From IMG/VR virus record IMGVR_UViG_3300035670_000185, positions 1,925 to 65,924 of that record: a stretch of DNA of 64,000 nt; one strand, 5' to 3'. Position 1 is the stretch's first letter. Every line of letters starts with the position of its first letter. The notes under the pieces were generated by a model. That model was not told the DNA's origin, made no database searches, and saw nothing but the letters and a program-made list of their open reading frames with translations. Positions 49,460 to 60,656 of this stretch are shown here, one piece after another. Source of the DNA: a virus (lineage: Duplodnaviria; Caudoviricetes). The translations under genes and the position numbers were made by a program.

Positions 49460-51298
49460 ATGGCAAATCGTAAAATTTCATACACAACCAGAGATTATCA
49501 AGGAATAAGAACTGAGTTACTAAATTATGTAAGGACGTATTATCCTGAGTTAATTCAGGACTTTAATGATGCATCTGTATTCTCTGTGTTTTTGGATTTG
49601 AACGCAGCTGTTGCTGACAACTTACATTATCATATTGATAGAAGTATCCAAGAGACAGTCCTTCAATACGCCCAACAAAGATCTTCAATATATAATATTG
49701 CAAGGACTTATGGACTTAAACTTCCAGGTCAAAGACCATCAGTTTCTTTAGTTGATTTTTCTATCACAGTTCCGGCATTTGGGGATAAAGAAGATGAAAG
49801 ATATCTTGGTATTCTATCAAGAGGTTCACAAGTTTCAGGAGCGGGAATCATATTTGAAAACATATACGATATCGATTTTACTTCGCCATATAATGCCCAA
49901 GGATTTCCAAATAGATTAAAGATACCTAATTTCAATGCAAACAATGTTTTAGTGAATTACACTATTACCAAAAGAGAATTAGTTGTTAACGGTATTACAA
50001 AAGTATTCAAGAGAGTTATTACTCCAAATGATGTTAAGCCATTCTTTGAGTTATTTTTACCTGAAAAAAATGTCTTAGGTATTACTAGTGTTCTGTTGAA
50101 AAGTGGTACTGAGTATACAAACGTCCCAACATCCGCCGAATTCTTAGGTGAATCAAACAAATGGTATGAAGTTGATGCGTTAGCCGAAGATAGAGTTTTC
50201 ATTGAAGACCCTACAAAAGTATCCGACCAACCTGGTATTAAAGTTGGTAGATATATCCAAACCCAAAATAGATTTATTAGTGAATATACTCCTGAAGGAT
50301 TTAAGAAATTAACTTTTGGTGGAGGTACAAATACTGCGCAAGATGCCTTGAATCAGTTTACAACGTTGGGGGCGACAATTGATTTACAAAGATATTCTAA
50401 TAACTTGTCGTTAGGTTCGGCATTAACACCAAACTCAACACTTTTTGTCCAATATCGAGTTGGTGGAGGTTTGGGTACAAACTTAGGAACAAACGTAATT
50501 ACCCAAATTGGAACCGTATCCTTTTTCGTAAATGGACCATCAGAACTTACGAACTCATCAGTTGTAAATTCTTTAAGGTGTAACAACGTAACTGCGGCAA
50601 TTGGTGGTGCGGGGTTACCATCATTAGAAGAAATTAGAAATTATGTCTCATTCAACTTCTCGGCACAAAAAAGAGCGGTAACTGTTCAGGACTATGAATC
50701 TATAATTCGAAATATGCCATCTGAGTTTGGAGCTCCTGCTAAAGTTTCTGTCACAGAAAACAACAACAAAATATTAATTCAATTATTATCTTATGATACC
50801 TCAGGAAGGTTGACCAATATTGTATCGAATACTCTTAGACAAAATGTTGCCACTTACTTGTCTAACTATAGAATGATGAATGATTATATTTCAATCTTAA
50901 CTGCAGAGGTTATTGACTTAAGTGTTGAAGTTTCTGTTGTATTAACGTCAGCACAAAACTCAGGACAAGTTATCGCTGATGTCATTGATAGAATCTCAAC
51001 TTACTTCGACCCACAGGTAAGAGAATTAGGGCAAAACGTTTATTTATCTGAATTACAAAGTATTGTTCAAAATCAAAATGGGGTGTTAACGGTATCTGAC
51101 ATCAAAGTATTTAACAATGTTGGGGGTCAATATTCTTCGGCTGAGACATCTATGGAATATTCAAACCCTGAGACCAGACAAATCGCGCCAGTAAACTCAA
51201 CAATTTTTGCTCAACCATCACAGGTTTACCAAATCAGATATCCAAATAAGGATATTAAAGTTTTGGTTCAGAACTTCCAATCGGTTACATTCACATAA
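49460..51298 (+). CDS. Baseplate wedge protein (gp6/J-like)
   Basis: RDYQGIR, YRVGGG...N, GGA...SLEEIR, QKRAVTVQDY. Confidence 0.88.
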   Translation: MANRKISYTTRDYQGIRTELLNYVRTYYPELIQDFNDASVFSVFLDLNAAVADNLHYHIDRSIQETVLQYAQQRSSIYNIARTYGLKLPGQRPSVSLVDFSITVPAFGDKEDERYLGILSRGSQVSGAGIIFENIYDIDFTSPYNAQGFPNRLKIPNFNANNVLVNYTITKRELVVNGITKVFKRVITPNDVKPFFELFLPEKNVLGITSVLLKSGTEYTNVPTSAEFLGESNKWYEVDALAEDRVFIEDPTKVSDQPGIKVGRYIQTQNRFISEYTPEGFKKLTFGGGTNTAQDALNQFTTLGATIDLQRYSNNLSLGSALTPNSTLFVQYRVGGGLGTNLGTNVITQIGTVSFFVNGPSELTNSSVVNSLRCNNVTAAIGGAGLPSLEEIRNYVSFNFSAQKRAVTVQDYESIIRNMPSEFGAPAKVSVTENNNKILIQLLSYDTSGRLTNIVSNTLRQNVATYLSNYRMMNDYISILTAEVIDLSVEVSVVLTSAQNSGQVIADVIDRISTYFDPQVRELGQNVYLSELQSIVQNQNGVLTVSDIKVFNNVGGQYSSAETSMEYSNPETRQIAPVNSTIFAQPSQVYQIRYPNKDIKVLVQNFQSVTFT

Positions 51299-51394
51299 TT
51301 GGTTTATTATCCCAATCTTTGATTTATAATTTATAATGTGTGTATTCAATTCTTAAAAATTACACATAAACTATTTATAAATTAAAGATATTTC

Positions 51395-54300
51395 ATGGGT
51401 GATTCATATAGGATTAAGACCGAACTTGGCATTAACAAATCAATCAATGTTCAGTTAGACCAAGAGTTTGAGTTCTTAGAAATTTTATCTCTTAAAATAC
51501 AACAAACAGATATCTACACAAGAAGTTGTGCGGACTATGGCGTTTTAGTTGGTAGAGTCACTGCAAACAACGGTTTTGGAGTCCCAAATGCTAGAGTTTC
51601 TATATTCATACCTATTGAACAGGTTGATGAATCAAATCCTTTGATAACTAGTATATATCCGTACAAGTCGGCTAGTGACAAAAATGGTGACGGATATAGA
51701 TATAATCTTTTACCTTATACCCCTTCCTATTCTAAACATGCTGCAACAGGAACATTACCAACAAAATCTGATGTTCTAACTGGAAGTACGGCCGTAGAAA
51801 TTTACGATAAGTATTATAGGTTTACTACGAAAACCAATGATAGTGGAGATTATATGATTATGGGAGTTCCACTTGGAACGCAAACTATAGTTATGGATGT
51901 TGACCTCTCCGATATTGGTGAATTTTCTTTAACACCTCAGGATTTAATTAGAATCGGATTAGCTACAGAAGCACAAGTTGCAGGTAATCGATTTCGTGCG
52001 TCTAATGATTTGAATTCTTTACCTCAAATTATTAATTTAACTAAAAGTGCTGAGATTTCTCCTTTGTGGGGAGACCCTGAAATATGTGATATATCAATTA
52101 ATAGATTAGATTTCGATTTACGGGACGAGGCTAACGTTGATATACAACCAACAGCTGTTTTCATGGGATCGGTTTTTTCTTCGACTGATAGATTCCGAGT
52201 CAGAAAAAATTGTAGACCTAAAGATAATTTGGGGAATCTTTGTGGGTTGACTTCAGGTCCAGGTCAAATTTTAGCGATTAGACAAACTATAGAACAAGAT
52301 GAAGATGGTAATCCTGTTTTAGAAGTTTATGAATTAGAACAAGCGGGTAATATTATTGACGGTGATGGGACATGGTTGGCTGAGTTACCGATGAATTTGG
52401 ATTATTTAATTACAAATGAATTTGGGGATAGAGTTCTGTCAAATGACCCATCAATAGGTATACCAACAAAATCAAAATATAGATTCAAAGTTAAATGGAC
52501 ACAGCCGAATGATCTGACTATACAAAGTCGAAGAGCTAATTATTTACTACCAAATATAAAGGAATATGGATGGAGTAATTCCAATTCCGACCCAACTTTT
52601 TCAAGTAATCAAACCGAAAAGAAAAAACAACAAAGTTCATATTATTTTGGATTGGCATGGAGCGGTTACACAAATGGTTTTGAAGGTACTGAGTTGACTG
52701 AAAGACTGGACGAAATTATAAATTGTGAGGATACATTCTACGAATTTAATTTTAACCGAGTTTACACTGTTTCATCTTTAATTGACCAATATAAAAAAGG
52801 TGGTCGTGGGAGATTTATCGGGATAAAAGAAATTGATGATGATGAATGTGATAATTCAATAAATAAATTTCCAGTTAATGATGGATTCAAAAATTTTGAT
52901 TTACTTTATTTTCTTTTTTCCATTATTTTCACGGTCCTCCAATTTGTTGGGTTAGTTTTATTAATAAATGCCCATTTACTCTTATTTATTTATACGATAG
53001 TAATCCAAGCATTGTGTTTTTTATGTAGCATTAAAATCCCAATAATAAATGTACGGCCTTTTGGTTTTATTTGTAATGCCTTGAGATTGAAATGTGAAAC
53101 CAAAAACTTTACAATTCGGTTACCAATGATTACTTATCCCGAATGTCAATCCTGTTCATGTAATGAAACAAAGTTGAATTCTGAGGCTTTACTTGGAGGT
53201 ACCAATGGCAATTTATCTTTCGTTTCTTATCCTCCAAGTTATGTTGCAGGACTAGAATCTTTATTTGGGTCAGATGGAACTCCTAGTGAGGACGTACAGC
53301 TGAAGGCGGGTATTTTTGCTCAAGCAATCGGAGGTAACAACGACTCAGTTACAGACTTGGACGTATTCAAAACTCCTGTGTCAAATGTTGTTAGATTTCT
53401 GTCAGATGAATCTGATGAGAAAAAACATTTTGCATATTCTGAAAGTTTAACTTTGGGAGAGAGAATAAATATTTTTAATACAAGAGAATCTTATTTTGAT
53501 GGATTAAACAAAATAAAAGTAACTTTTGCCAAACCTTCTAATGAAGGTAAGTTTCACTTTGATAATACAATTACTGTGTTATCAAACACACCTTATCAGT
53601 CGGGGCAATTACTTACAACTGTTAATCCTGCAACAACATCTGATAGGAATTTTTTATATACTGCACAGACAGAAAATGGAATTGTAAATGGAATTACTGG
53701 AACAACTACTCAGGGATCAAGTAATCTTAATGTTGATTATTCGGTAACACAAACAACTAATCAAACGACAATATATTCACTACCAACAGGAACAACGGTG
53801 GACCGACAGGTCTATCCTCAGGATAGAGAGTATTTTCAAGTAGTTACCGCAATTACGGTTTCTGAAGCTATTAAAATTTGGGATACAACAACCTTAGAAT
53901 CGTTTCCAAATGTTTTGACGGCGCCATCACGAATATATTTGGCAAAAAGAAGAGACTTTCCAATCACAGGTTATAGAGTGGATGATGGTACATTGATTAA
54001 CCCTTTGAGTGTTTTTGATGATATTGATAATCAATACATACTGATACTTCAGAGAGGAGTTGATCCATATTCTCCAAAATATACTAACGAATACAAAGTT
54101 GGACGATTATTCGGTAAAAATATTGATGATGTTAATTTTACATTCACAGCACAAACAAGAACAAATATACCAATACAAAGATTAACCCAAACAAGTTTAT
54201 CAGTACAATCATTTACTCAAAACACAATGTTTTATCCTTCTCACTTTTTTGAGGCTGGGGATCAATTTTCAGGGTTCACGACATCAACAGTGGGATACTA

Positions 54301-56107
54301 CGGGGCTCTCGATTCCTCTTTTGATACAAATAGATTGAATCAAAAAAGTTTCGGAGGAGCTCAGGGTATGGTAAGTAGAACGAATAACGATTTTTATTCA
54401 TCGACCCAAAATTCTGCTAAGTATGATTTATCCGAGGATGTGTCAGGGGCTTCTTATATATTCTCCAACATATCTGCAGGGTTGAGTTTTGGATATGGTG
54501 ATGTTAGGTATGAATATTTTACTCCAAATGCTTATCCAAGTTTATCCGCTAACCCAATGCCGATTTCTTCTAAAGTGAACAATGTGATGAGAACTGACAG
54601 ATTACCGTCTTCTGATGTTTTGAATGGAAGTACTTGGCAATCTAATCCGGCATTATTACAGCAAAATAACAATTTCACATTTTATGAAATACCTGACCTT
54701 GACCAACCAATAGATTTATCGTCTTATAGTACAGGAGCTGAAATTCCGACTGCAGATCTAGAAGGATTACCAAATGACTTAACGGTATTTTCAACGTTTA
54801 GTTGTGAAAATATGGTTGGTTTAGATTGCTATCAAGGGTTCGGAGACAACTTTGAAGTTAATCAAGAATGTACAACCAAAGATGCGGTTGACAAAGGATG
54901 TTATATGTTCTTGAGAAGACCTGGCACCGATTTGGTTAAAGATATTTCCAACTTCAATGAGTGGGGATTCAGATTTAGATTTTTCTATGGTCTTTGTAGA
55001 GGTGTACTTTCCCAATCTTTTATGAACAACTGGATTAATGGTTCACTATATATGTTCCCAATCCAAGTTGATACTTTCTACAATAAACAAAACAAAGTAA
55101 GTAAAGTTGAATTTTGTAAAGATGTTGTCTATCTGAATACCGACAGTAACAATTTTTATTATAGAAGTAGTCCATATAATAATTCAACCAATAGATTTAC
55201 TGGAAAGCAAACTAATAATCCGGGTCAAGTTAATGATTTGAATCTTTTATTCCCAACAACTCTTATTAACTTAGGAATGAAAGATGCATTCTATTCTGAA
55301 ATAACATTTGATTCGACAACAAGAGGTTATATTTTACCTAATATAAACGCGACAAGTTATGGAGACACATCTGATTTAGTAAATCTTTTCGTGGTGTCGA
55401 GGATAACTGATGAGAGCTTTCTTCAACAACTTATACCTTTAGGAGATAGTGCGATAAATCAACTTTTTTCTAGATCAGAAAGAAGGATTGATGGAGATTT
55501 GGCCCAACTCATGTCGATTAATAGTGAAATTGGTAATATAAACTTTTCTCCTGAATATTACGATAACGTACCAGGTGAAACCAATCAACCTACAACGATA
55601 CTTGGAACACCTTCGAATCCTACCATAGCAGTTTGGTTTTCATCGACAACTCAAGATTTACAGGTTAAAGATTATTTGACACCGGGTAGGATTAATTTCA
55701 GAGGTACTGATGATGTAGGATATTACCCATACCCTTACGGGATAAAATCACAAGTTGTTCCATTCTATCAGTGGAGATTGGCTAATACTAATCTTATTTT
55801 CGGTAATCAATTCAATACATGGGCGACATCATCATCTGATATTGTTCAAAATGTGAGATACCAATCATTAGATAGATACGCATCCGATACTCCATATTTT
55901 TGGAGTGATAATTCTGAATCGAATGACCTTAATGCTCGAGGATACATTTTCAATGTAAATGGAACTGTGGGAGATGGTCAATATACTGCAACGGGTGCTT
56001 TGAAACAAAAATTCGTGGTAGGTGCTCCATTCCAATTTTACTTCGGAACTATAGTGGGTGAAACCGCTTTGGATAAATTCAAAACAAAGTATTCGGTAGA
56101 TGAATAA
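51395..56107 (+). CDS. Large baseplate-associated protein (1570 aa) with internal hydrophobic segment
   Basis: N-terminal GRV....GVPNARVSIF and TNDSGDYMIMGVP (carboxypeptidase-regulatory-like fold); follows the gp6-like gene. Confidence 0.6.
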   Translation: MGDSYRIKTELGINKSINVQLDQEFEFLEILSLKIQQTDIYTRSCADYGVLVGRVTANNGFGVPNARVSIFIPIEQVDESNPLITSIYPYKSASDKNGDGYRYNLLPYTPSYSKHAATGTLPTKSDVLTGSTAVEIYDKYYRFTTKTNDSGDYMIMGVPLGTQTIVMDVDLSDIGEFSLTPQDLIRIGLATEAQVAGNRFRASNDLNSLPQIINLTKSAEISPLWGDPEICDISINRLDFDLRDEANVDIQPTAVFMGSVFSSTDRFRVRKNCRPKDNLGNLCGLTSGPGQILAIRQTIEQDEDGNPVLEVYELEQAGNIIDGDGTWLAELPMNLDYLITNEFGDRVLSNDPSIGIPTKSKYRFKVKWTQPNDLTIQSRRANYLLPNIKEYGWSNSNSDPTFSSNQTEKKKQQSSYYFGLAWSGYTNGFEGTELTERLDEIINCEDTFYEFNFNRVYTVSSLIDQYKKGGRGRFIGIKEIDDDECDNSINKFPVNDGFKNFDLLYFLFSIIFTVLQFVGLVLLINAHLLLFIYTIVIQALCFLCSIKIPIINVRPFGFICNALRLKCETKNFTIRLPMITYPECQSCSCNETKLNSEALLGGTNGNLSFVSYPPSYVAGLESLFGSDGTPSEDVQLKAGIFAQAIGGNNDSVTDLDVFKTPVSNVVRFLSDESDEKKHFAYSESLTLGERINIFNTRESYFDGLNKIKVTFAKPSNEGKFHFDNTITVLSNTPYQSGQLLTTVNPATTSDRNFLYTAQTENGIVNGITGTTTQGSSNLNVDYSVTQTTNQTTIYSLPTGTTVDRQVYPQDREYFQVVTAITVSEAIKIWDTTTLESFPNVLTAPSRIYLAKRRDFPITGYRVDDGTLINPLSVFDDIDNQYILILQRGVDPYSPKYTNEYKVGRLFGKNIDDVNFTFTAQTRTNIPIQRLTQTSLSVQSFTQNTMFYPSHFFEAGDQFSGFTTSTVGYYGALDSSFDTNRLNQKSFGGAQGMVSRTNNDFYSSTQNSAKYDLSEDVSGASYIFSNISAGLSFGYGDVRYEYFTPNAYPSLSANPMPISSKVNNVMRTDRLPSSDVLNGSTWQSNPALLQQNNNFTFYEIPDLDQPIDLSSYSTGAEIPTADLEGLPNDLTVFSTFSCENMVGLDCYQGFGDNFEVNQECTTKDAVDKGCYMFLRRPGTDLVKDISNFNEWGFRFRFFYGLCRGVLSQSFMNNWINGSLYMFPIQVDTFYNKQNKVSKVEFCKDVVYLNTDSNNFYYRSSPYNNSTNRFTGKQTNNPGQVNDLNLLFPTTLINLGMKDAFYSEITFDSTTRGYILPNINATSYGDTSDLVNLFVVSRITDESFLQQLIPLGDSAINQLFSRSERRIDGDLAQLMSINSEIGNINFSPEYYDNVPGETNQPTTILGTPSNPTIAVWFSSTTQDLQVKDYLTPGRINFRGTDDVGYYPYPYGIKSQVVPFYQWRLANTNLIFGNQFNTWATSSSDIVQNVRYQSLDRYASDTPYFWSDNSESNDLNARGYIFNVNGTVGDGQYTATGALKQKFVVGAPFQFYFGTIVGETALDKFKTKYSVDE

Positions 56108-57797
56108 GTATACATTAATTCCAAGTGGACTTAGATATAAAGGTGCTCCATCGGTAGATGAAGAACTTTCAGTGACGCTTCAAGAACAAAGTCAACAAAT
56201 CACTGAATATGATAGGACTTCGACATTGAATCTTGCTCAGGTTTATGACGATGAAAGACAAAAAAGTACTATATTCAGACCAACTTTCAAGTTGACTTAT
56301 TTATATGATAATACATATACAGGTTCAACAACATATTTACCATTCCAATATAATTTATATTATATTGACCCAATTGCATCGAAACAAAGTGGAGTATGGA
56401 GGGGATTTCCGCAGTTTTATGAATTTGATTTTTATAGACCAAATATAGGGGACAATCATTTTCAATATAAGGCAAAAAGTGCATACACTTATAATTGGAT
56501 GTATTACTTAACCTATCCCTTTGAAAACGATTCGAACAAACAACTAACGTATTATACAACCACAAATAACGATGTGAATTGGATTGCATCAGACGGCATA
56601 CCATTTTCAATATCTAACAGCACACGGAATGGTAATGGATTAGTGGGGTTTGTATGTATTGCACCTCATGGTTTAACTACTGGTGAATACGTTGAATTAT
56701 CTTTGACTTATCGGGGAACTAATATATTCCAAGTCAGTTCATTAGGTAATGGACAATTCGGTAGTGACAAATACATTTTTAATTTATTTAACATAGGTTT
56801 TACAGGTTCGACTTTCAATAATGGAACAACAGGTACTTTCAAACGAGTTATTAATCCTGATAACTTGACTGAAACTAGATCTAAGTATTATGTTAAAAAA
56901 TATAAAGTATTAACCAATTTAACAGATTTGGCGATCACAAAGGCGGGTTTTGAAAAGAACGTATTTGGTGATGAAAAAAAGTTGGAATATAGTTCTATTA
57001 CACCAAATAATGTTACAAGAATATCACAAAAGACAAGTAGTAATGCGTATGACGTAACGTCTAACTATGATTTGAACTTTGCTGGTTTATTGGATAACCA
57101 AAAAAGACCATTGAATGAAATTAGTTTAACAATAGTGAACAAAGGATATTCAGGATATTTCAATCAACCATTTAATAGTGTTGGGTTGAAACAAGGATGG
57201 GAGTTCAATTTGTCAAAAACAACTAATCCGTGGTGGGATTTGAATAATCAGAAATCGAATACAAATATACCAGTTTCGGCATATACTCTCACTAGTGGTG
57301 CGACTAAAACATTCTATTACAATGATAACTTAAAGATTGGCGATGTGATGGATGGTGATTTTTGTGAATGGAATGATTATCTGCAAATCGAACGAGTAGT
57401 ATCACCATACTATCATAAAATTAAATTCAATCAAACGGTATTCCAAACTACGAGTAATTTTTCCACAAACTCACCAGGTTATTATTATAAACCTCACAAC
57501 TCTATGGTGTTGAAAGTTTTTTCAGATTACATTGAAACTGCTGACTTAGGATTAATTGATAATGTTCCAAGTTGGGCGTTTTATTCAACTGAAGACCAAC
57601 AGTTTCGTTGGAGGGATATTTATACCTATGGGTTTATAGATAATTTAGGTAGAGGTGTTGACTATCCATATTTGAATTCAGCACACTATCCATATACCCA
57701 AGTAATATTCAGATTGATACCTGAAGGAATAAATTATAATGATAATCTTACAGGATTTGATTTCGCAATAAAACCATTGATAGATGAGTGTGAATAA
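56100..57797 (+). CDS. Putative structural protein
   Basis: 565 aa; overlapping operon; PHGL..GEYV motif. Confidence 0.55.
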   Translation: MNKYTLIPSGLRYKGAPSVDEELSVTLQEQSQQITEYDRTSTLNLAQVYDDERQKSTIFRPTFKLTYLYDNTYTGSTTYLPFQYNLYYIDPIASKQSGVWRGFPQFYEFDFYRPNIGDNHFQYKAKSAYTYNWMYYLTYPFENDSNKQLTYYTTTNNDVNWIASDGIPFSISNSTRNGNGLVGFVCIAPHGLTTGEYVELSLTYRGTNIFQVSSLGNGQFGSDKYIFNLFNIGFTGSTFNNGTTGTFKRVINPDNLTETRSKYYVKKYKVLTNLTDLAITKAGFEKNVFGDEKKLEYSSITPNNVTRISQKTSSNAYDVTSNYDLNFAGLLDNQKRPLNEISLTIVNKGYSGYFNQPFNSVGLKQGWEFNLSKTTNPWWDLNNQKSNTNIPVSAYTLTSGATKTFYYNDNLKIGDVMDGDFCEWNDYLQIERVVSPYYHKIKFNQTVFQTTSNFSTNSPGYYYKPHNSMVLKVFSDYIETADLGLIDNVPSWAFYSTEDQQFRWRDIYTYGFIDNLGRGVDYPYLNSAHYPYTQVIFRLIPEGINYNDNLTGFDFAIKPLIDECE

Positions 57798-58614
57798 GTT
57801 TGTAATAAGACAAGATGGTATTGTTGACAAACAAATCAACATTCCTGTAGAACTCAAGTGGGATTATTTGGGTTTGGATTTGGCTATCGACGAATATGAG
57901 GTTAAAATCATAAAGGATGTTATTGGTGATGGTCGAGATTTTGAAGTATCAAGATTTGCACATGCGCCTGCGACGGGAACCACAGATGATACTTTAATTA
58001 ATTATGAATTTTATTTTTATTCTGGTGGATCTTTGGATGATAGAAGTAACTGGAGAATAAATTATCTGAGTGAGGGGTTCACACCTCAGGAAGTTTATTA
58101 TTATGATGATGTTTTTTCTAACTCGTTTTTCAAGTTGGATTTTTACGATACTCCTGACGAAAAACAGCAAACAAATTATCTAACAATAATTTTACCAACA
58201 CAACAGGGTTTGATGATGGAAACCCAAATGCAACGAACTTTGGTTAATATAAGAAAGCCACAGTTCGTTTTGGACTATGTTGGTGACAAAGAAGGGTTCT
58301 TTGTTTACTGGTTGAAAAAAAGAAACTTTCTTAACATTAATACCTTTTATATGACTGCAAAGTTTTTCAATGCAAAGACAGGTCAATTTACAAAAATGAT
58401 GACAGGTAGAGGAGTAAATCCAATCGACCTTACAAATGGACCTCAGTACAATTTAGTTGGAAACAAATATGCTTTTGATAACACTCAGTTTTTTTATTAT
58501 ACTGTCAAACTTGATTATGAAACACAAACTTACCAAGTGTTTAATACTAATGGACAGAGGTTGGGTACCAACTTGCCCATAAAATGGTATGAATATGTAA
58601 ATCCGCCACTATAA
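57784..58614 (+). CDS. Putative structural protein
   Basis: 276 aa, translationally coupled. Confidence 0.55.
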   Translation: MSVNKFVIRQDGIVDKQINIPVELKWDYLGLDLAIDEYEVKIIKDVIGDGRDFEVSRFAHAPATGTTDDTLINYEFYFYSGGSLDDRSNWRINYLSEGFTPQEVYYYDDVFSNSFFKLDFYDTPDEKQQTNYLTIILPTQQGLMMETQMQRTLVNIRKPQFVLDYVGDKEGFFVYWLKKRNFLNINTFYMTAKFFNAKTGQFTKMMTGRGVNPIDLTNGPQYNLVGNKYAFDNTQFFYYTVKLDYETQTYQVFNTNGQRLGTNLPIKWYEYVNPPL

Positions 58615-59708
58615 TGTCACAGGATAGTTATAAATTTATTGTCTCACCTGAGAATGTTGCAAGGGATTTGTCTGTTATAAATTATAATGGTACTCCTGTT
58701 GGTGTCTATTCTGCAATGACACAAGTTGTTAGTTCAGGGCCTAGTGGCACATCTTTATTAACCAATTTATCAGTACCTATACTATTGAGACAAACTGCAG
58801 TTGATGTTGGGTATTATAGCCCATTTGATGGCGCAGTATTACAAAAAGATGTCGTAACAAATTTTATATTCTCCTCAACTACAACAAATCCATATGTGTG
58901 GAATGTTTACAACACCTCGGATGAATTCCAAAAGTTTTTAGAATTATCTGTATATAGGATAGATTGGGGTGATGGGACACCCAAAGAAACAATCACAACT
59001 TATACACCGAATTCAATAAGTCACACTTATCCAACCACAACAAGGCAATATACCATAACAATGGAACAAACAAATCCTTGGGGGGTAACAAAAGTATCCA
59101 AGACAATCAACGTTCCTTTCACCGATGTTGTAATTTACAATCCAAATGGTCAATCCTTTTTTATACCTGCGGGTGGAAATTGGTTAAATACTCCTGTTTC
59201 TTATGATTACATATTTTCAGGAGACGCAGTTAATGAAGTTTCCGCACAAACATCGAACAATTATGTTACAGTTCCATTCACTGTATCGGGTGAAACTAAA
59301 TCTCGAGTGAATGAATTGGCGTTGTATGGGTCACCAAAATTCCAAGTTGGAGTTCCTGTAATTAGTAATGGACAAATATGGGGGGCGATTTCAGATATAA
59401 ATCCAGTTTATACTGCCTATACAATTACTGGTGTTCATTACTATGATTATAATGATGGAACCACAATATTCTTTCAGCAATCATCAGGGTTTACTTCAAA
59501 TAATTTGACGGCACAACCTATAACTAAAGACGAAGTTCTTCTTAAAGTAATAGACCAGGCCCAAGTACAAACAAACGTGTTTGTGGAGAGAGGAAAAAAT
59601 AGTGCGTACGAACGGGTTATGAGATTGGGTGAGGTTGATAATTTGGGGGATATGATTAACTATGGGTACGGATTCTTTAATGTTGTTAATAAAGAAAGTA
59701 CTAATTGA
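58614..59708 (+). CDS. Putative structural protein with PKD-like domain
   Basis: IDWGDGT....SHTY...YTIT. Confidence 0.65.
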   Translation: MSQDSYKFIVSPENVARDLSVINYNGTPVGVYSAMTQVVSSGPSGTSLLTNLSVPILLRQTAVDVGYYSPFDGAVLQKDVVTNFIFSSTTTNPYVWNVYNTSDEFQKFLELSVYRIDWGDGTPKETITTYTPNSISHTYPTTTRQYTITMEQTNPWGVTKVSKTINVPFTDVVIYNPNGQSFFIPAGGNWLNTPVSYDYIFSGDAVNEVSAQTSNNYVTVPFTVSGETKSRVNELALYGSPKFQVGVPVISNGQIWGAISDINPVYTAYTITGVHYYDYNDGTTIFFQQSSGFTSNNLTAQPITKDEVLLKVIDQAQVQTNVFVERGKNSAYERVMRLGEVDNLGDMINYGYGFFNVVNKESTN

Positions 59709-59747
59709 AAAAAAGAAATAAAGTATTTATAAATTAAATAAGAGAAT

Positions 59748-60656
59748 ATGGCAATCGGCTCATACGGCACAATAAGACCTTCAGATGTTTCACCTGCAGA
59801 TGTTGAGATAATCATGAATTATACTCCGACACGGGACGTGACAGACCAATTTGTTTTGACAAAATTGGATGCACAAACTATTTTAAGACCTTACTTCGCA
59901 AATTCGGAAACGGGAGGAAATGCTGGAGTGGAGGTTTTAGGGGGACTTTATAATTTAACATTACCTGCAAATCAATTCAACGCGTTAGGAATATATACCT
60001 TGTATATCAGACCGGCAGAAATAAGAACCGTAATAAGTGACTGTGGTGTTTTGAGTGCATTACCCAACGTAAAGGGTATAATTATTGACATTTCGAATGT
60101 ACCGACACAATACCAAAACAAATTTGTGCCTCAAGGATTAGTCGGATTTAGAGTTGAATACCTAAACGCCGATGGGTCAAAAATTCCTAACTTCTTCCGA
60201 GTGGTTACATCAAGTTTCTTCTGTGAACCTGTTGTGACAAATGAAGTAAACACAACTCAACAGTCAATAAGATATAGATATGTTGAGGGAGATTCAAATC
60301 TTATATTCCTAACACTATCACCTTCTTCATCACCAACAAACAAACCGAATGCAACTCCGTACATCGGACAGCCCGACCAAGATATTATAATTACAAATAC
60401 CTTCTTCAATCCTGTTTCAATCGAGGTAGAGATGGTTGAGTACGATATCTCTTCACTTGCAATTGCTCTGTATGGTAATCAAACTAAATCTATCGATGAT
60501 GGTATCTACACTATCTACGATTCAAGTAACAATATCTACAGACAATACAACCTATACGAAATTAGAGATCAATTTAATGCTCTCCTATATGAGGTTAGAC
60601 AAAGCAGAGGTAATAATATTGATTTCAGTAAAAACTTTACAAATATAACTAGTTAA
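59748..60656 (+). CDS. Putative structural protein
   Basis: 302 aa; TATTTAT upstream. Confidence 0.55.
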   Translation: MAIGSYGTIRPSDVSPADVEIIMNYTPTRDVTDQFVLTKLDAQTILRPYFANSETGGNAGVEVLGGLYNLTLPANQFNALGIYTLYIRPAEIRTVISDCGVLSALPNVKGIIIDISNVPTQYQNKFVPQGLVGFRVEYLNADGSKIPNFFRVVTSSFFCEPVVTNEVNTTQQSIRYRYVEGDSNLIFLTLSPSSSPTNKPNATPYIGQPDQDIIITNTFFNPVSIEVEMVEYDISSLAIALYGNQTKSIDDGIYTIYDSSNNIYRQYNLYEIRDQFNALLYEVRQSRGNNIDFSKNFTNITS

